A DNA stretch of 64,000 nt from an uncultured Pseudomonadota bacterium (GTDB lineage Bacteria > Desulfobacterota > Binatia > Binatales > Binataceae). Every line of letters starts with the position of its first letter. Positions within the stretch are counted from its first letter, which is position 1. Positions 10,928-20,833 of this stretch are shown piece after piece. Where the stretch lies: positions 479,509 to 543,508 of the forward strand of contig CAWDWL010000005.1 in the NCBI GenBank assembly GCA_963805995.1, written 5' to 3'. The translations under genes were made by a program, and so were the position numbers. The notes below the pieces were generated by a model. It was not told where the DNA came from. It ran no database searches and saw only the letters and a list, made by a program, of their open reading frames with translations.

Positions 10928-11886
10928 AGCGAACGCTCCACTACGAAGGCAGCCAACTGACGCAGCGGTTCGGCGCGCCGATCGAACGAGTCCAGCGCTG
11001 CGATCGCGCGCCGTTTGAGGTCGTGCGCGAAGGCGCGCGACTTCGCGACCCCGATCAGCGCCGGATAGGTGGCCTTGCCGTGCGCATCGTCCTTGTGCGT
11101 GCGCTTGCCCATCTGCTCGGCGGACGCTTCGACGTCCAGGAGGTCATCAATCACCTGAAAGGCGAGCCCCAAGGCTCGTCCATATTCGGTCAGGGCGTCA
11201 AGTTGGACGCGGTGGGCGCCGCCCAACATGCCGCCGCCCCGCACCGAAGCAAGGAACAGCGCCCCGGTCTTGCGCGCGTGGAGATATTCAAGCGTGGGCA
11301 GATCGGTCGCCTGGCCCTCGGACAGGATGTCGATGGCCTGTCCGATGACCATGCCGGGAGATCCGGCGGCCTCGGACAGTTCGGCGACCACATCGAGCAC
11401 GACGGCCGCCGGCGCGCGATTGGCAGACGAGCGCACCAGCACTTTGAAGGCGTCGGTCAGCAGGCCGTCACCCGCCAGTGTCGCCATCGCTTCGCCATAG
11501 ACCTTGTGGTTGGTGGGCCGGCCGCGCCGCAAATCGTCGTCGTCCATGCACGGCAAATCATCATGGATCAGCGAATAGGTATGAATCATCTCCAAGGCGC
11601 AGGCCAGGCCCAGTGCGTCAGCGGTCTCGCCGCCGACCGCTTCGCAGGCGGCCAGGGCAAGGATCGGACGCAATCGCTTGCCGCCAGCCAAAAGGCTGTA
11701 GCGCATCGCCTCAAGCAGGCGCGCTCCAGGACCAGGGACGGCGACCACGCTGCGGTCCAGCGCACCCTCCACGAACCCGGCACGCTCTTTAAGGTAGCGC
11801 TCGATATCGAATCCGGGCGCGGCATCGCCAGGTCTGTTAAAATCCTCAGCGGCCCTGCGGGCTGGGCCTGAAGTGGAACTTGGCAT
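10924..11886 (-). CDS. ispA: polyprenyl (farnesyl/geranylgeranyl) diphosphate synthase
   Basis: First Asp-rich motif LIHDDLPCMDDDDLRRG and second Asp-rich motif VIDDLLD. Confidence 0.8.
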   Translation of the reverse strand: MPSSTSGPARRAAEDFNRPGDAAPGFDIERYLKERAGFVEGALDRSVVAVPGPGARLLEAMRYSLLAGGKRLRPILALAACEAVGGETADALGLACALEMIHTYSLIHDDLPCMDDDDLRRGRPTNHKVYGEAMATLAGDGLLTDAFKVLVRSSANRAPAAVVLDVVAELSEAAGSPGMVIGQAIDILSEGQATDLPTLEYLHARKTGALFLASVRGGGMLGGAHRVQLDALTEYGRALGLAFQVIDDLLDVEASAEQMGKRTHKDDAHGKATYPALIGVAKSRAFAHDLKRRAIAALDSFDRRAEPLRQLAAFVVERSL

Positions 11887-11959
11887 CAGTTATCCCAAGA
11901 ACGAACAGCAAAATTCGAGTTCGGCTCGCCGCATGCGGATTCTGGACGCGGGGCCCAAA

Positions 11960-12958
11960 TCAGGACACGTAATAGCGTACCATTTTCCACGAGTCTTTGA
12001 GGTTCTTGCCAAAGTCCAGGGCCACCGTGCCCTCGAAGCCGGAGTGCATTTTGCAGTCGCGGCAGCGGATGTCCTGCTTGGTCCGGTAAAAGTCCCAGTC
12101 GATGGCTTCGTGAAGGTCCTTGAAGGTCTGGTAATGGCCGTTGGTGATCAGGTAGCAAGGGCCCTTCCATCCACGGGGATTGCGCGTCACGGTAGTCCAC
12201 GGGCTGCACAGCAAATCACGCTCTCCGGTCAGATATTCCAGATAGATCGGGGTATTGATAATCTTGTAATCGTCGGCGAGTTTTTTGACCCGCTGAAACT
12301 TGACCGGCATCTCATCGGACTTGAGGTAGATGTCGTTGGCGAGCACCTGGTAGTGATAGCCGGGGCTGAGCAGCATGCCGTCCACTTTGAGCGACGTCAG
12401 CAGCTTGACCATCTCTTCGATTTCGTCGGCGGTGGTTTCGCGGAAGATGGTGCTGTTGGTTTGCACCCAGTAGCCCTTCTCCTTCAGCAGCTTGACCATG
12501 CGGATGCAGGTGTCGAACACGCCCTGGCGATCGACCACCCGGTCATGGGTCTCGCGCATGCCGTCGATATGGATATTGAAACTAAGGTAGGGACTGGGCT
12601 CGACCTGCTTGATGAAGCGCTCGATCAGCAAGGCGTTGGTGCAGATCATGGTGTGCCGGCGGCGCTCGATAAGCCCCTTCGTCAACGGCACGATATGCTT
12701 GTACATCAGCGGTTCGCCACCGCAGATGGAGACCACCGGAGCGTCGGCTTCCTCGGCGGCGCCAAGCGCCTCCTCCAGTGGCATCTGGTCGCGGATGGTG
12801 TCCTTGTACTCGACGATCCGTCCGCAGCCAACGCAGGCAAGATTGCAGGCGTGCAGCGGTTCGAGCATCAGCACAATGGGAAAATGTTGCTTGCCGGCGC
12901 GCTTCATCCGTGACATGTAGCGCGCCAAATCGGTCATGAATCTAAGCCGCATGCGCAT
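11960..12958 (-). CDS. hpnH: hopanoid-associated radical SAM protein HpnH (adenosylhopane synthase)
   Basis: CNLACVGC radical-SAM cysteine motif and HpnH-like length and C-terminus. The start is chosen downstream of the TetR stop; the ORF track extends it to 13081. Confidence 0.75.
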   Translation of the reverse strand: MRMRLRFMTDLARYMSRMKRAGKQHFPIVLMLEPLHACNLACVGCGRIVEYKDTIRDQMPLEEALGAAEEADAPVVSICGGEPLMYKHIVPLTKGLIERRRHTMICTNALLIERFIKQVEPSPYLSFNIHIDGMRETHDRVVDRQGVFDTCIRMVKLLKEKGYWVQTNSTIFRETTADEIEEMVKLLTSLKVDGMLLSPGYHYQVLANDIYLKSDEMPVKFQRVKKLADDYKIINTPIYLEYLTGERDLLCSPWTTVTRNPRGWKGPCYLITNGHYQTFKDLHEAIDWDFYRTKQDIRCRDCKMHSGFEGTVALDFGKNLKDSWKMVRYYVS

Positions 12959-12977
12959 GAGGGCGCTTCTCCCTTCG

Positions 12978-13625
12978 CTATGGTTTCGGTTGAGTCGCGG
13001 CGCCTGGCTGCGAGCCCGCCTTTTCGAACAGCAGGCCATGGAGCATCGCGAGCGCGCCATCGAGGTTAAACGGCATCTCACCCGTGAAGAGCAAGTTGAT
13101 CAGCAAGCCATTAAGCGCCGCCAATACAAAGTTCGCCAGCACATCAGGGGGCTCGGAGCGCGAGCTCAGCCCCTTTTCCTGGGCGAGGCGAATGCGGTCG
13201 GTCAGCAGTGCGGTATAGAGGTCGTAAAGCCGGCGAATCTGCTCGGTAAAAGCGTCGGGCATCTCTTCGCCATTCATGAAGCGGCGCAGGAAAAAGCTGA
13301 CCGAACTGGCGTTTTCGCGCACGAAGTTCACATAGCCGGCAATCAGCTTCCGGATCTGCTCGCATTCGTCGAGCTTTTCGGATTCCTCAGCGAAGTCGAT
13401 CACGTAAGGCTCCAACAGCTTGTTCAGGACTGCCAGGAAAAGCTCTTCCTTGGTCTTGAAGTGCCAGAAGATTAGCGCCTTGCTGACCTTTGCCTCACGC
13501 GCCACTTCGGACATCGAAGTCTCGTGAAAGCCGCGAGTGGCGAACAGTTGTATTGCCGCCTTTAGAATTTCGTCACGCGAATCCTGGGACTGAGTTTGCG
13601 GTCCCGCCGTTGCCATTTCTTCCAA
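12978..13625 (-). CDS. TetR/AcrR family transcriptional regulator
   Basis: N-terminal helix-turn-helix ILKAAIQLFATRGFHETSMSEVAREAKVSKALIFWHF. Confidence 0.8.
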   Translation of the reverse strand: MEEMATAGPQTQSQDSRDEILKAAIQLFATRGFHETSMSEVAREAKVSKALIFWHFKTKEELFLAVLNKLLEPYVIDFAEESEKLDECEQIRKLIAGYVNFVRENASSVSFFLRRFMNGEEMPDAFTEQIRRLYDLYTALLTDRIRLAQEKGLSSRSEPPDVLANFVLAALNGLLINLLFTGEMPFNLDGALAMLHGLLFEKAGSQPGAATQPKP

Positions 13626-14033
13626 TTAGCCCGGCCGCTCTGACAATGCTAGTGCTCTCTGTCCGAAGCCGAGCCCCTTATTTTCATGGCGGAGTGCCGG
13701 CAATGCTCTCGCCGGATATCTGTCGACCTCCCGCTGCCTGGGAGCCAGCCTGCCGCCCATCCCTAACCCATCGGTCAATGGCACTTTTACGCGTCCGCTC
13801 CGGCAAGTCAAGAGCTTGGGAGCACAACCTCCACCGGAAGGTCCAGCGAGAGCCGATGGTGTTGGTGAACAGCTTACATAAAACGCTCGTTCGGATATTG
13901 CCGATCGCGGTAACGCGAGAAACTTTCTTCCGGCGCCGCAATCCAACGCGTATGCTGAATAGTGGAGTTTGTTGCTTCCTACCTCCGGACTCCGAAGTGG
14001 AACGAAAATCGCCGACCAGGGTTTGCCTGCAAA

Positions 14034-15576
14034 ATGTCCCATCGGGAAAACATCGCTGCGCACCTGGAACAGATCAAGGGTCAGATTATTGTCCGCTGGC
14101 GGGAAGAGGCCCGGCGCGAACCGATGCATGCCAAAGCGCTCGAAGAGTCTGGACAACCGCCGCCTCGAGGACCATCTGCCGGCGCTTACTGAGAAGGTTA
14201 TCCAACGCTTACGAGGGAGAACGGCCGCCGCGGACGTCGAGGAGCAGGGTCGCCTTCACGGGCAGCAGCGGCGGCACGACGGTTACACAGTGGTGGACGT
14301 GATGAAGGAGCTTAATCTGTATCGGCGCGTCCTGCTTGGCGCCGTCGACGAGGTTACCGCCCAGGACGCTCCACCGGCGGATATTGTACAGGCCCGTCGC
14401 GTGATACTGGAACAGGTCGATCGGAGCGTAAATGCGTCCGTGGAACAGTACACCACTCACGCTGAACAGGAGCGCAACCAGGCTCAGGAAGAGGCCCAGG
14501 ATTTGCACGACCAGCGCGACCGGTTCCTGATGACGCTGTCGCACGAACTACGCAATCAGATCTCGCCGATTCTTTTGAACGTGCAACTCTTGAACGATTT
14601 CAAGCCGCCCGATCCGCGGATTCAACAGGCGGTGGCAAGAATCGGGCGCCAGGCCCTGCATCAATCCATTCTTATCGATGACCTGCTCGCCCTGAGCCGC
14701 TTTCAGTACGGCAGTCTGCATCTTAAACCGGAACTGATCGACCTGCGGGAGCCGGTCCGGCACGCATTTGAGACCTTCGAACCGGATTTGAAATTGAAGC
14801 GGCTGAAGCTTCATGCCGAACTTCCCCAGCGGCCCGTGATGGCGCAGGTTGACCGGACCCGGATCGCGCAAATCGTGATCAACCTGCTGGGCAACGCGGT
14901 CAAGTTCACCCCTTCTGAAGGTACCATCACGGTTCGGCTCGCGCGGGAAAATGACAGCGCAGTTCTAAGCGTAAAGGACAGTGGCATCGGCATCGCAAAG
15001 GAAGCACTGCCCAAGGTCTTCAACATGTTTTTTCAAGGCAAGGCATTGTTGAAGCAGGTCAACAGCGGACTCGGCGTCGGGCTGGCCTTGGCCAAGGCTC
15101 TGGTCGAGTTGCACGGCGGCACTATCGAGGCCCGTAGCGAGGGCGAGAATGTGGGCGCTGAGTTCCTTATCCGGCTTCCAGTTCCCAAGGATCTGCCGCA
15201 AGTGGATTCCGATCTCTCAAACAAAAGCGTGCTGCTGGTCGATGATAACCCCGATCAACTCGCCGGGCTCGCCGAGTTGCTGAGGATGCGCGGGTATAAA
15301 GTCATAGAAGCTGGAGACGGTTTTGAGGCGCTGCGTCTGGCGTCGGAGTTCAAGCCCGCTAGCTGCGTGATCGATATCGGGCTGCCGGGCATCGACGGGT
15401 ACGAGGTTGCGCGCCGGCTGCGCGCTCTTCCCGAGACCCGCGCTTCCCGTTTGGTCGCGCTAACCGGGTACAACATACGCGACGAGCAGCAGCCCTTCAA
15501 AGATGCCGGTTTCGATCGCTATTTGCTCAAGCCCACCGAGGTTGACGAACTCGACCGGATTTTGTCAACCGAGTAG
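14034..15576 (+). CDS. hybrid sensor histidine kinase (HisKA + HATPase + C-terminal receiver), with an apparent +1 frameshift near 14150
   Basis: H-box LSHELRNQISPI, N/G boxes (LLGNAVKF, DSGIGI, GLGVGLA), and a receiver VLLVDDNPDQ...VIDIGLPGIDG. The coherent N-terminus MSHRENIAAHLEQIKGQII...MHAKALEE lies in the neighbouring frame (ORF 13962..14192). Confidence 0.7.
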
Positions 15577-15627
15577 GGGCGCGGTTAAACCGCGCACCGT
15601 GATATCCCGCCGGGATCTCTTGATGAA

Positions 15628-16650
15628 TCAATCAGTGATCGCGGCCAACGCAATCGGAGTCGCGCCGGCGGCGTCTGACACCTTGGCCGCGTTGAGTAGC
15701 GCCAGCGCGATGGCGGCTTCGCGCAGGTTTTGCTGCGCGATCGGACCTTGGGGCCCCTGCGCTATCGCACTTTCGAACTCCTCCGCGAGCCCGGCGAACC
15801 ATCCGGGATGATAAGAGTTGTCCGGCTCCTCGACCACCGGCAGGACTTCGCTGATTCCCGATCGGCTCGACCACCGCACGCTACTCTCTTCGATTTCGAT
15901 CATTCCCTCCAAACCGTAAAGCATCGCTGACGTGCGTCGCGTTGGGGCGCGCCAGGACAAATGGATGTAGCCCAAGGCACCGCCGGGGAAGGTCAAGCTC
16001 AGATCCGCGACTTCCTCGACGACGCCGGGAGGAAAGACGCCCAGCCGCGCCGCTACCGACAATGGCGCGCGCCCGCCCATCAGCCACTGCATCAGATAGA
16101 ACGCGTGCCATCCGTGATCGATCAGGATTCCGCCGCCACCGATAACCGGGTCGATGCGCCACAGCGCACCTCCCGCCTGCCCGGTCCGCAGCCGCGACAG
16201 GGCGCAGTAACGCAACTCCCCCAGGCCTCCGGCACTGACCGCCTCAAAGGCGCGCCGGTACGTGGGTGAATACTTCCAGTTATGGACGCAGAACAGCACG
16301 CGGTCCTGAGCCGCGGCCAGCGAACGCAGGTCTGCAAAGTCCTTGGGATCGAGGCACAAGGGCTTCTCGACGATCACATGAGCGCCGGCTTCCAGGGCCG
16401 CGCGCGCCGCGCCCGCGTGATACGCCGGCGGACTGGCGACATCGACGAAGTCCGGCGCTTCGCCGTCGAGCAGCAGCTCAAGGTCCTCGTACACGCGGAT
16501 ATGTTTGATTGCGCGCAGTGCGGCCTGACGTCGCGCCGCGACCGGTTCATGAATCGCGACGATTTCGACGCCGGGCCGCTGGCGCCATCCGGGAAGGTGG
16601 CCCTGCTCGGCGACCTGTCCAAAGCCGGAAATTGCCCCGCGAAGTTTCAG
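15628..16650 (-). CDS. Gfo/Idh/MocA family oxidoreductase
   Basis: The C-terminal domain is the 15628..16494 ORF. The in-frame upstream extension encodes the Rossmann N-terminus KLRGAISGFGQVAEQGHLPGW with no ATG/GTG/TTG. The only start candidate is CTG at 16650, which follows a GAGGA Shine-Dalgarno. Confidence 0.6.
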   Translation of the reverse strand: MKLRGAISGFGQVAEQGHLPGWRQRPGVEIVAIHEPVAARRQAALRAIKHIRVYEDLELLLDGEAPDFVDVASPPAYHAGAARAALEAGAHVIVEKPLCLDPKDFADLRSLAAAQDRVLFCVHNWKYSPTYRRAFEAVSAGGLGELRYCALSRLRTGQAGGALWRIDPVIGGGGILIDHGWHAFYLMQWLMGGRAPLSVAARLGVFPPGVVEEVADLSLTFPGGALGYIHLSWRAPTRRTSAMLYGLEGMIEIEESSVRWSSRSGISEVLPVVEEPDNSYHPGWFAGLAEEFESAIAQGPQGPIAQQNLREAAIALALLNAAKVSDAAGATPIALAAITD

Positions 16651-16699
16651 GGAAGTAGTTCCTCAATCCGGTGACGAGCTGCGAGCCAACGCTGACAAC

Positions 16700-17130
16700 T
16701 TGCTATCAATTCTGACTCCCTTTCCTTGCCCAGGAACCGTCGATAACTGTTTGCAGCTTGAAAGCCGGACGCCTGGCATTGGCGGGCGACGACCTGATTA
16801 ATGCCCTCTCCCTCACCAAAGACGATCGATAACTGGCTGGTGCCGTGCAATGCAGCGGTATTCGTATGCAAAGGCCTGGGTTTGTACCCTCTCCCTTTAT
16901 TAGTAAGGCAGAGGGTGAGGATTTCCGGACGCATCAAGAAACACCAAACGCACTGGCGCAGAAGTGATTCCGCATGCCTGACACATCGTTGCAGGCCCGC
17001 CTGCACCCTCTCCCTGGTCAGGGAGAGGGCATCAATCAAAGCCCTGCCAGGCAATTACAGGCCTCGAACCTTCAAGCTCGAGCACTTTATCGTCACCTCT
17101 CGGAGAAGGGGAGGGAGCAGAATCTCCGGG
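16700..17130. repeat. interspersed REP-like repeat cluster, copy A, with CCCTCTCC/GGAGAGGG hairpins and the core GCATGCCTGACACATCGTTGCAGGCCCGCCTGCACCCTCTCCC
   Basis: Direct sequence similarity to 31740-32090 and 38795-38935. It lies in the intergenic space between the Gfo/Idh/MocA and LLM genes. Confidence 0.6.
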
Positions 17131-18018
17131 CTAGATCAGATACTTGCGCGCCAGGTCTTCGAGCTCGCGCTCCCAGGTCTTGGGCCCCAGCGCCATGCCG
17201 TCGCGGTAAATCGCCTCGGTGCCGACGACGATCCGATGGCATCCCGCCTCTTCATACTCGGCATAGGTCGCTTTGACCTCGGGGCGCTCGTAGGGCCGGA
17301 ACATGGTGATGTCCATCTTGCTGAAATCGCGTCCGGCTTCCTGGCACATCTTCTTCAACGTCACCAGGTTCTCGGCCAGTTGCTTGGCCTTAATCCGCAG
17401 CGGCATCCATCCGTCACCGATCGTAACCACGTCCTTGAGCACCTTATCCGGCCCCTGCGCTCCCCCGTTGGCGCCAATCAGCACCGGCGGATGAGGTTTT
17501 TGTGCCGGCTTGGGGAAACTCTTGACCGCCGGGAACTTGATGTATTTGCCATCGAAACTGGACTCGGGTTTGGTCCACAGTTCCTTCATCGCGCGGATGC
17601 ACTCGCGCGTGACCGCCCAGCGTTTGCGGAACTCCACTCCCATGATTTCGGTTTCGTCGGCCAGCCAGCCTGCGCCGATACCGAACATGAATCTGCCGCC
17701 GGAGAAGTAGTCAACCGTGGCGACTACTTTGGCCAGAACCAGGGGGTTGTGCTCGGGAACCAGGCAGATTCCGGTGATCAACTTGATCTTGCTGGTCACG
17801 CCCGCAGCGATGCCAAGCAGGACGAATGGATCGGGCATGCGCGAGTACCAGCCCGGAATCTCGCCCCCACCCGCAGGGTAAGGAGTTTTGTGCGCGACCG
17901 GAATAAATGCGTGTTCGGGAACGATGAGGGCGTCGAAGCCCAGGGCCTCGGCCTTGCGGAACACATCCACAGGTGGTGCGGTCAGATCACTTACAAACGC
18001 CGATACACCGACTTTCAT
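17131..18018 (-). CDS. luciferase-like monooxygenase (LLM) class flavin/F420-dependent oxidoreductase
   Basis: LLM fold signature (MKVGVSAF...AEALGFDALIVPEH...). Confidence 0.7.
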   Translation of the reverse strand: MKVGVSAFVSDLTAPPVDVFRKAEALGFDALIVPEHAFIPVAHKTPYPAGGGEIPGWYSRMPDPFVLLGIAAGVTSKIKLITGICLVPEHNPLVLAKVVATVDYFSGGRFMFGIGAGWLADETEIMGVEFRKRWAVTRECIRAMKELWTKPESSFDGKYIKFPAVKSFPKPAQKPHPPVLIGANGGAQGPDKVLKDVVTIGDGWMPLRIKAKQLAENLVTLKKMCQEAGRDFSKMDITMFRPYERPEVKATYAEYEEAGCHRIVVGTEAIYRDGMALGPKTWERELEDLARKYLI

Positions 18019-18141
18019 CTCGATTTCCTCCAGTCTTCCTCAAGCACTGACTTCTCATAGCGCAAACACCGCCGTTCAGACCAACCCTTGCGTGCCATCC
18101 ACGACGACCAGGCGCGAAAAATTCGGGGTGCGGTGCGGCGC

Positions 18142-18618
18142 TCAGCTGGTTTTGAAGAACTCTTCCGCATAGACGAAACGGCCCACACCCGCCGCACGAG
18201 CGCATTGCTCGTCCACATCCTGATCGCCCACCAGCGTTGATGCGGCCAGATCGACCCCGTGGACCGCCGCCAATTCCTGGACCATCCCGGGCGCCGGCTT
18301 GCGGCATCCGCATCCGTCTTCGGGGCCGTGCGGGCAGATTTCCCAGGCGGTCAGGATACCGCCGAGTTGGCGATCGAGTTCGGCAATCGCCGTCTCGACC
18401 TGTTCGCGGGTGAAGCGGCCGCGTTTGATGCCACGCTGGTTGGTAACGATGAAGATAAGATTGTCGCGCAGCGGACGGAGCTTTTCGGCGACTCCGGGGA
18501 GCAGTTCGATCTTGACCTTACCGCGCGCGTCGGCCGGGAGGTCGCGATTTTCATCGAGCTTCACCAAGGTGCCGCCCAAATCGCAAAACAGTCCAACATT
18601 TCCGGCATGATCCGCCAT
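18142..18618 (-). CDS. HAD-IIIA family phosphatase (GmhB / histidinol-phosphatase-like)
   Basis: DLGGTL motif I, IFIVTNQ motif II, and the Zn-binding CPHGPEDGCGCRKP signature of the GmhB/HisB-N subfamily. Confidence 0.65.
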   Translation of the reverse strand: MADHAGNVGLFCDLGGTLVKLDENRDLPADARGKVKIELLPGVAEKLRPLRDNLIFIVTNQRGIKRGRFTREQVETAIAELDRQLGGILTAWEICPHGPEDGCGCRKPAPGMVQELAAVHGVDLAASTLVGDQDVDEQCARAAGVGRFVYAEEFFKTS

Positions 18619-18626
18619 GATTCGAA

Positions 18627-19991
18627 CTACTCCTCACGCCAATTGCAATGGTCGCGCACGTAGGTGAAAACCTCGTCGAGTATCGCCGCTCCGGCCTCCG
18701 CCTGCGCTTCCGTGATGACCAGCGGGGGATTGATCCGAATGCGCGGGAAATAGCTCATGGTCAGCAAGCCGCGCTTGAGCGCTTCCTTGAAGACCACCTC
18801 CATGATCCGGCGGCTCAGTTCGCGCCGGGTGTGGCGATCGCGCACCAGATCGATTCCGATCATCAGGCCGCGGCCGCGCACGTCGCCGACGAACTCGAAC
18901 TTTTCCTTCAGCGCCAGCAGACGCGCGAGCAGGGTCGCGCCCACTGTGCGCGAATTTTCGACCAGATGCTCCTCCTGGATACTGCGCAGCGTCTGGCCCA
19001 CCGCCACCGCGGCCAATGGATTGCCGCCGTAGCTGGATGATGACGCGCTGGGTTTGGAGAATGGTTTGGCTTGCGCCACCTCTTCTCTCAGCAGCACCCC
19101 CGACACCGGGAAGCCTGAGCCCATCCCCTTGCCAACGGTCATGATGTCGGGCTGCACGCCGGTATGCTCGACGCCCCACATCTTTCCGGTGCGCCCGAAC
19201 CCGGTGATCATCTCGTCGGCAATCAGCACGGCGTCGTTTTCCCGGGCGATCTCCTTGACCGCGGGCAGGAACTCATCGGGCGGGATCACGTTGCCCGCAG
19301 TGCCCTGAAACGGCTCTATCAACACCGCGGCGATCGCGCCGCCCGAACTGTTCTTGATCTGCTTGCGGGCGAAGTCCACGCAAAACATGCCGCATTGCGG
19401 ATATTCCAATTTGAATGGACAGCGGTAGCAGTCGGCGTAGGGCACCAGATGCTGGCCGCCTGGGAGGGGGCCATAGCCTTGCTTGGACTCGTCACCGATA
19501 AGGCCGATCACCCCACCGGTCTTGCCGTGGAAGCCGCCCCAAAAGCCAACCACCTCATGCTTGCCGGTAAAGGAGCGCGCCGCGCGCAAAGCCGCCTCGA
19601 CCGCCTCGGCGCCGCCGCTGTAAAGGTGAAAACGTTTGAGCCCCGGCGGCGCCGCTTCGGCGATCGTCTTGAACGCGTCGGCCCGCTCGGGCGTAGCAAA
19701 GGTCCCGACCATCAGCCGTGCCGCCTGATCGGCCAAGGCCTTGGACAGCACCGGATGGCCATGGCCGAGGCTGGCTACCGCCACCCCGGCAAAGAAATCC
19801 AGGTAAACGTTACCGTCGACGTCAGTCAGGGTGGCGCCGTCACCATGATCGAAGGCGACTCCGGCCAGCGAGGAAATGCGCTGGCGTCCCGGAGCCAGAT
19901 AGCGCTCCTCCTGGTCGAACACGGCGCGCGACTGCGGTCCGGGAACCTGGGTCTTAATCGAAGGAAGTTTGCTCTTCTTTTCTTTCATCAA
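18627..19991 (-). CDS. class III pyridoxal-phosphate-dependent aminotransferase (acetylornithine/ornithine aminotransferase-like)
   Basis: Aminotransferase class III fold and length (454 aa), with a conserved Lys region. Confidence 0.8.
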   Translation of the reverse strand: MMKEKKSKLPSIKTQVPGPQSRAVFDQEERYLAPGRQRISSLAGVAFDHGDGATLTDVDGNVYLDFFAGVAVASLGHGHPVLSKALADQAARLMVGTFATPERADAFKTIAEAAPPGLKRFHLYSGGAEAVEAALRAARSFTGKHEVVGFWGGFHGKTGGVIGLIGDESKQGYGPLPGGQHLVPYADCYRCPFKLEYPQCGMFCVDFARKQIKNSSGGAIAAVLIEPFQGTAGNVIPPDEFLPAVKEIARENDAVLIADEMITGFGRTGKMWGVEHTGVQPDIMTVGKGMGSGFPVSGVLLREEVAQAKPFSKPSASSSSYGGNPLAAVAVGQTLRSIQEEHLVENSRTVGATLLARLLALKEKFEFVGDVRGRGLMIGIDLVRDRHTRRELSRRIMEVVFKEALKRGLLTMSYFPRIRINPPLVITEAQAEAGAAILDEVFTYVRDHCNWREE

Positions 19992-20008
19992 TGTAATCTG
20001 TCAGCGCC

Positions 20009-20833
20009 CTATCTCGTGGAGCGCATGGCCAGCAGGTCGAGCGTCCGGCGGGCGATGGCGGCGGCGGCCGGCGCCCTGACCAGCTCAAAGCTGGGCCAAT
20101 CGTTAAAGTCCACCAGTTTGAATTGTTCACGCTCGATTATTGCGTCACCGCCCCACACTTCCAATCCCAACGCGGCGGCAGCGGACTGCGCCGCGCGATG
20201 CAGTCGCGTACGCGTCGCCGCGTTGACGCCGTCTGCGTCGGCGACGCTGAAATAGTCCGTGTCCGTCACGCCATAAAACTTGACCACCCTGCCCTCCACC
20301 TCCTGCTGCAGATAGGCAAGGTTGATACCCCTGGCGGCGAAGTCCTCGAGGATCGGCACGAGTGCTTCGTGGTTGGCGGCGCGGCGCACGTCGCCGGCCG
20401 ACAGCGCGTGCAAGTCGCCACGCTTGACGTAGATTCCCCGACGCGGATCAAGCGCGCCCAGTGCGCCAAGATCAACCGCCGCGGAGGTCTCGACCAGGAT
20501 TCCTTCGGGAACCGGCACCGCCGCCTCCTTCAGGACCCGTCCCAAGCGGTCACGGTAACATGAGCGGATCGCCTGGGGCGAATTGATCACCAGCGCACCG
20601 GCCGCCTGCTCCTGAGCCAAGCGCCGCAGGGCCTCCTCGCTCTGGCACATCGCCATGATCAGGGCGCAATCTGGACCATCATAGGCGATCAACTCCGCCG
20701 GATTGACGGCTGCCGTGCTGATACCATGTTCGGACAGCCGCGCCAGCACCAGGTCCAGGATAGCGGCGTCGGCGCCGACCTTGCCGGGGGAGAATTCGCT
20801 TTCCCGATATACGCCCAGCGCGTGGACCATCAC
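20009..20833 (-). CDS. ATP-grasp family ligase (RimK-like), substrate unknown
   Basis: ATP-grasp sub-motifs: YVKRGDLHALSAGDV, EDFAARGINLAYLQQEVEGRVVKFYGV, and GLEVWGGDAIIEREQFKLVDFNDWP. Confidence 0.5.
   Translation of the reverse strand: MMVHALGVYRESEFSPGKVGADAAILDLVLARLSEHGISTAAVNPAELIAYDGPDCALIMAMCQSEEALRRLAQEQAAGALVINSPQAIRSCYRDRLGRVLKEAAVPVPEGILVETSAAVDLGALGALDPRRGIYVKRGDLHALSAGDVRRAANHEALVPILEDFAARGINLAYLQQEVEGRVVKFYGVTDTDYFSVADADGVNAATRTRLHRAAQSAAAALGLEVWGGDAIIEREQFKLVDFNDWPSFELVRAPAAAAIARRTLDLLAMRSTR

Noticed and set aside
10031-12913. Plus-strand ORFs of 309, 282 and 346 aa
   Set aside because: Antisense to the ADH, ispA and hpnH genes. Spurious long ORFs in GC-rich DNA.
16647-17054. 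135-aa minus-strand ORF, and the similar 38686..39051 ORF
   Set aside because: Both are translations of the REP-like repeat copies (QAGLQRCV...HAESLL), that is, repeat DNA and not genes.
16801-18060. 419-aa plus-strand ORF
   Set aside because: It starts inside the REP-like repeat cluster and runs antisense through the LLM oxidoreductase. No domain, biased composition.
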